In this document: positions 14,903 through 17,222 of the stretch, in pieces
Layout: each line of letters starts with the position of its first letter
How positions within the stretch are numbered: position 1 is the first letter of the stretch
From: Candidatus Micrarchaeia archaeon
Lineage (GTDB): Archaea; Micrarchaeota; Micrarchaeia; Burarchaeales; JACRGF01
Direction of reading: 5' to 3'
Length of the DNA stretch: 17,222 nt
NCBI GenBank assembly: GCA_038870455.1
Contig: JAWCPB010000025.1
Location: 1-17,222 of the forward strand
Notes under the pieces: model-generated
Seen by the model: only the letters and a program-made list of their open reading frames with translations
Databases searched by the model: none
What the model was told of the DNA's origin: nothing
Position numbers and translations under genes: made by a program

Positions 14903-16096
14903 GTGGCGACCATGCAGGAGGAACTGCCAGTCATGCTAGAGGCGAGAGTGCTGCGCGCGCTCGAGGCGGCCGCCGGAGCAAGTGAGGAGGAACTGACGGG
15001 CGTTCTCGGGGTGGAGGCCGAGGCCGTGCGGGCCGCGCTTGCCAGGCTGCGCCAGGCGGGCGCGGTCGAAGCAAGGAGGGTCGGCGGGGCGACGGCCTGG
15101 TACGCGCTTGCGCTGGGCGCGCCCAGGCGCGTGCTGATAGTCGAAGACGATGCAAACATAAACAACCTCATGCGGCTCACGCTCGGCCAGGGCTTTGAGA
15201 TAAGACAGGCGTATTCCGCGCGCGAGGCGTTCGCCGCCCTAGCAGAGTTTAAGCCGGACCTCGTTGTGCTCGACCTCATGCTTCCTGATGCCGACGGCCT
15301 CGAGATCTGCCGGCGCATCAAAGAGAACCCGCAGACGCGAAACGTCGTGGTCATCATCGTGTCGGCTGCCGATGCCGCCAAAAACCGGCTCGCCGGCATG
15401 CGGCTGGGCGCCGACTATTACATCAGAAAGCCCTTCAGCCCTGACGAGCTGCGCGCGCTCGCGCGCATTTTCCTCAAGAAGCAGGGCAGCCGGTTCGACC
15501 CGCTGACCGACCTTCCTGACGAGCGGCGCATCACGGCCGCGCTTGAGAGGGGGCTGCGCGAGGACTTCGAGTTCCACAACCTGAGGATAGAGAATCTCGA
15601 CGAGCATGCCCGCAACTTCGGGAAGGGCGAGGCGGAAGCCATCGTGCGCCTCGTCTCCCAGATATTGCAGGACAAGGTCAGCGAATGGGATTCCAAAAAC
15701 GGCTTTGTGGGCTATCTCGGGAATGGCGAGTTTGTGGCGGGCGGGCGCAAGAACGAGGTGCAGCTCATCATCAGCGAGGTGAGCAACGAGTTCGAACGCG
15801 TGCTGCCCTTCATCTACCAGGGAAAAGCGGCACAGCTCGAGCTCGGCATCGAAGACGTCTTCGAGGCCGGCCGCGCTGTGGAAAAGCCGCTGCGGCTTGC
15901 CTTCACCCTCCTTCCCACCACGAACATCCTCAGGAAGAGAGAAGGCATACTTGAGGGAAAGGCTCTGCCAGCAGGCGGGGTGATTGAGGTGGGCGCCTAT
16001 ACTTATGAAGAGCTGCGCGCGCTGCTGGGCAGCGAGAACGTCGATGTGGCCATCACGCGGGACGAAAGGGGTGTGCGGCTGCACATCGGCAAATAG
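14903..16096 (+). CDS. Response regulator: N-terminal winged HTH, receiver domain, degenerate GGDEF-like domain
   Basis: wHTH-like segment (EEELTGVLGVEAEAVRAALARLRQAGAVEARR). Complete REC motifs: VLIVEDD, LDLMLPDADG, IVSA, YIRKPF. Then DPLTDLPD.R and FVGYLGNGEFV. Confidence 0.9.
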   Translation: MATMQEELPVMLEARVLRALEAAAGASEEELTGVLGVEAEAVRAALARLRQAGAVEARRVGGATAWYALALGAPRRVLIVEDDANINNLMRLTLGQGFEIRQAYSAREAFAALAEFKPDLVVLDLMLPDADGLEICRRIKENPQTRNVVVIIVSAADAAKNRLAGMRLGADYYIRKPFSPDELRALARIFLKKQGSRFDPLTDLPDERRITAALERGLREDFEFHNLRIENLDEHARNFGKGEAEAIVRLVSQILQDKVSEWDSKNGFVGYLGNGEFVAGGRKNEVQLIISEVSNEFERVLPFIYQGKAAQLELGIEDVFEAGRAVEKPLRLAFTLLPTTNILRKREGILEGKALPAGGVIEVGAYTYEELRALLGSENVDVAITRDERGVRLHIGK

Positions 16097-16528
16097 CTAC
16101 TGGTACTTTATCTCGCCCTGCACCCCAAGCAGCTGGCTGAACTCTTCGGTGTGCTCCTCCTCATCAATGAGGATGTGCCTTATCGCGTGCTCGAGAATCT
16201 CGTTTCCCCTGCACAGCGGCAGAATCTGCCTGTAGACCGCAATGGCTTCGCGCTCTGCCTTGATATTCACTTTGAGCACTTCAGGAATCTTGTCTGCCAC
16301 CACGACCTTCTCGGGAACGGTGGCCGGAACGGCGCCCAGCATGCTTATCCTCACCCTCAGAATGTCTGCGTGCTTCTCCTCGTCGCCCGCCACTTCCTTA
16401 AGCCGCGCAGCGACCGGCTCATAGGTCTCGCCGGCAATAAGCTCGGCGTGCGTCCTGTACTGAATGATGGCCTGGTACTCCATGGCCAGCGCCTTGTTGA
16501 GCAGCTCGATGAGCTTCGCATCAGCCAT
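16097..16528 (-). CDS. Ferritin-like diiron protein (bacterioferritin/DPS-like)
   Basis: LNKALAMEYQAIIQY, DEEKHAD...RI..LG..P, AEREAIAVY and ILIDEEEH ferroxidase motifs; GGGGGTG RBS upstream of ATG 16528. Confidence 0.92.
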   Translation of the reverse strand: MADAKLIELLNKALAMEYQAIIQYRTHAELIAGETYEPVAARLKEVAGDEEKHADILRVRISMLGAVPATVPEKVVVADKIPEVLKVNIKAEREAIAVYRQILPLCRGNEILEHAIRHILIDEEEHTEEFSQLLGVQGEIKYQ

Positions 16529-16579
16529 CAAAAACACCCCCCACAAGCTATTCTCAGCAAGAAATAAAAAGAAAGCGGC

Positions 16580-16753
16580 TCACGGCGCGGCAACGGCTTT
16601 GCTCCTCATCACGAGCGTGTCTCCCTCGACAATGAACTCGACACTAAACCCGTAACCATTCACAATTTCTGCCAGCCCATTCAGCTCATTCTTTCCTTTT
16701 TCAGTTTTCCACCGTGAGATATTTTTGAGGCTATCGTCCGGTTGCTTCATCAT
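16580..16753 (-). CDS. Small ORF (57 aa), possibly chimeric; C-terminus resembles the end of an AbrB/MazE domain
   Basis: ATG 16753 follows GGAG. The C-terminal VEFIVEGDTLVMRSK uses GC-rich host-like codons, while the N-terminal part is AT-richer. Confidence 0.35.
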   Translation of the reverse strand: MMKQPDDSLKNISRWKTEKGKNELNGLAEIVNGYGFSVEFIVEGDTLVMRSKAVAAP

Positions 16754-17222
16754 TTTTTGCTCCGATGGCGTCTCCGACGACATCGGTACCAGTCGTTTCG
16801 CCACCCTTCATCTTCAACGGGTCGAACTTGTCGTATGCAAAATAACCGATGAAATAGCCGAGCAACCCGCCGGTGATGGCTAACAATCCCACCGGACCAC
16901 CGAAAGCCACCGCCAGCAGCGCAAAAGCCCCACCAAATGTAAACATTGAGAGCGTGGCGGTGAAGATTTGAGCAATGGAGTTCAACAATACCTTGCCCGC
17001 ATCCGCCAAGCGTGCCCAAAAACTCGGCTTGGCTGCTTCTTCCTCTTCCTTCTCCTTAGCCTGCACAACGCGGCCGAGAATGCGCGCCATATCCTCCTCC
17101 TTCTTCTCTTCCTGCAAAGCCGTTGAGGCATTGCGTAGCTCCTCGGCAGAATAATTTTTTCTAAGCTCTTCCTCCACCTTCAGCGTGAAGGGCCGCTGAA
17201 AAGCCCCATCCGTTTTTTTTGT
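16731..17222 (-). CDS. Hypothetical membrane protein (5'-partial): charged coiled coil followed by a Gly-rich hydrophobic hairpin
   Basis: The frame is open to the window edge (TKKTDGAFQRPFTLKVEEELRK...). An EK-rich helix precedes TM-like FGGAFALLAVAFGGPVGLLAITGGLLGYFIG. Confidence 0.6.
   Translation of the reverse strand, partial: TKKTDGAFQRPFTLKVEEELRKNYSAEELRNASTALQEEKKEEDMARILGRVVQAKEKEEEEAAKPSFWARLADAGKVLLNSIAQIFTATLSMFTFGGAFALLAVAFGGPVGLLAITGGLLGYFIGYFAYDKFDPLKMKGGETTGTDVVGDAIGAKNDEATGR

Noticed and set aside
16731-16760. Programmed frameshift at the A6 run joining the two terminal ORFs
   Set aside because: A GGAG plus ATG start explains the downstream ORF without a frameshift; no supporting stimulatory structure seen.
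17179-17220. Hairpin ttcagcg/cgctgaa followed by a T8 run, as a possible terminator
   Set aside because: The T-run is 12 nt from the stem, there is no plus-strand gene upstream, and it lies inside an open minus-strand frame.

Overview
Gene-dense, GC-rich archaeal DNA, most likely from a Micrarchaeota/DPANN genome. The basis is a three-unit epsilon2-type tRNA splicing endonuclease with an ARMAN-specific loop, a flavodoxin-less Taw1, RNase HII with a PIP-like tail, and TATA boxes about 21-23 nt upstream of apparently leaderless starts. In order, the window holds: a partial secreted Ig-like protein, rnhB, a PRC-barrel protein, a membrane protein, a surface protein with five 6-Cys repeats, endA divergent from taw1, two hypothetical genes, a CxxS thioredoxin and a pilin-like membrane protein. 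Next is a divergent NAD-salvage cluster (yjbQ-NAD kinase <- -> hypothetical-PHP-pncB-pncA). It is followed by a divergent two-component pair (multi-PAS HisKA kinase and a wHTH-REC-degenerate GGDEF regulator), a ferritin-like protein and a lower-GC terminal segment that may be foreign or mis-joined. I found no rRNA, tRNA, CRISPR array or transposase. The best candidates for new biology are the kinase/wHTH-REC-GGDEF-like pair, the NAD cluster with a coupled PHP hydrolase, and the protamine-like PncA tail overlapping the kinase tail in antisense. All family assignments come from reading motifs by eye; no database searches were run.
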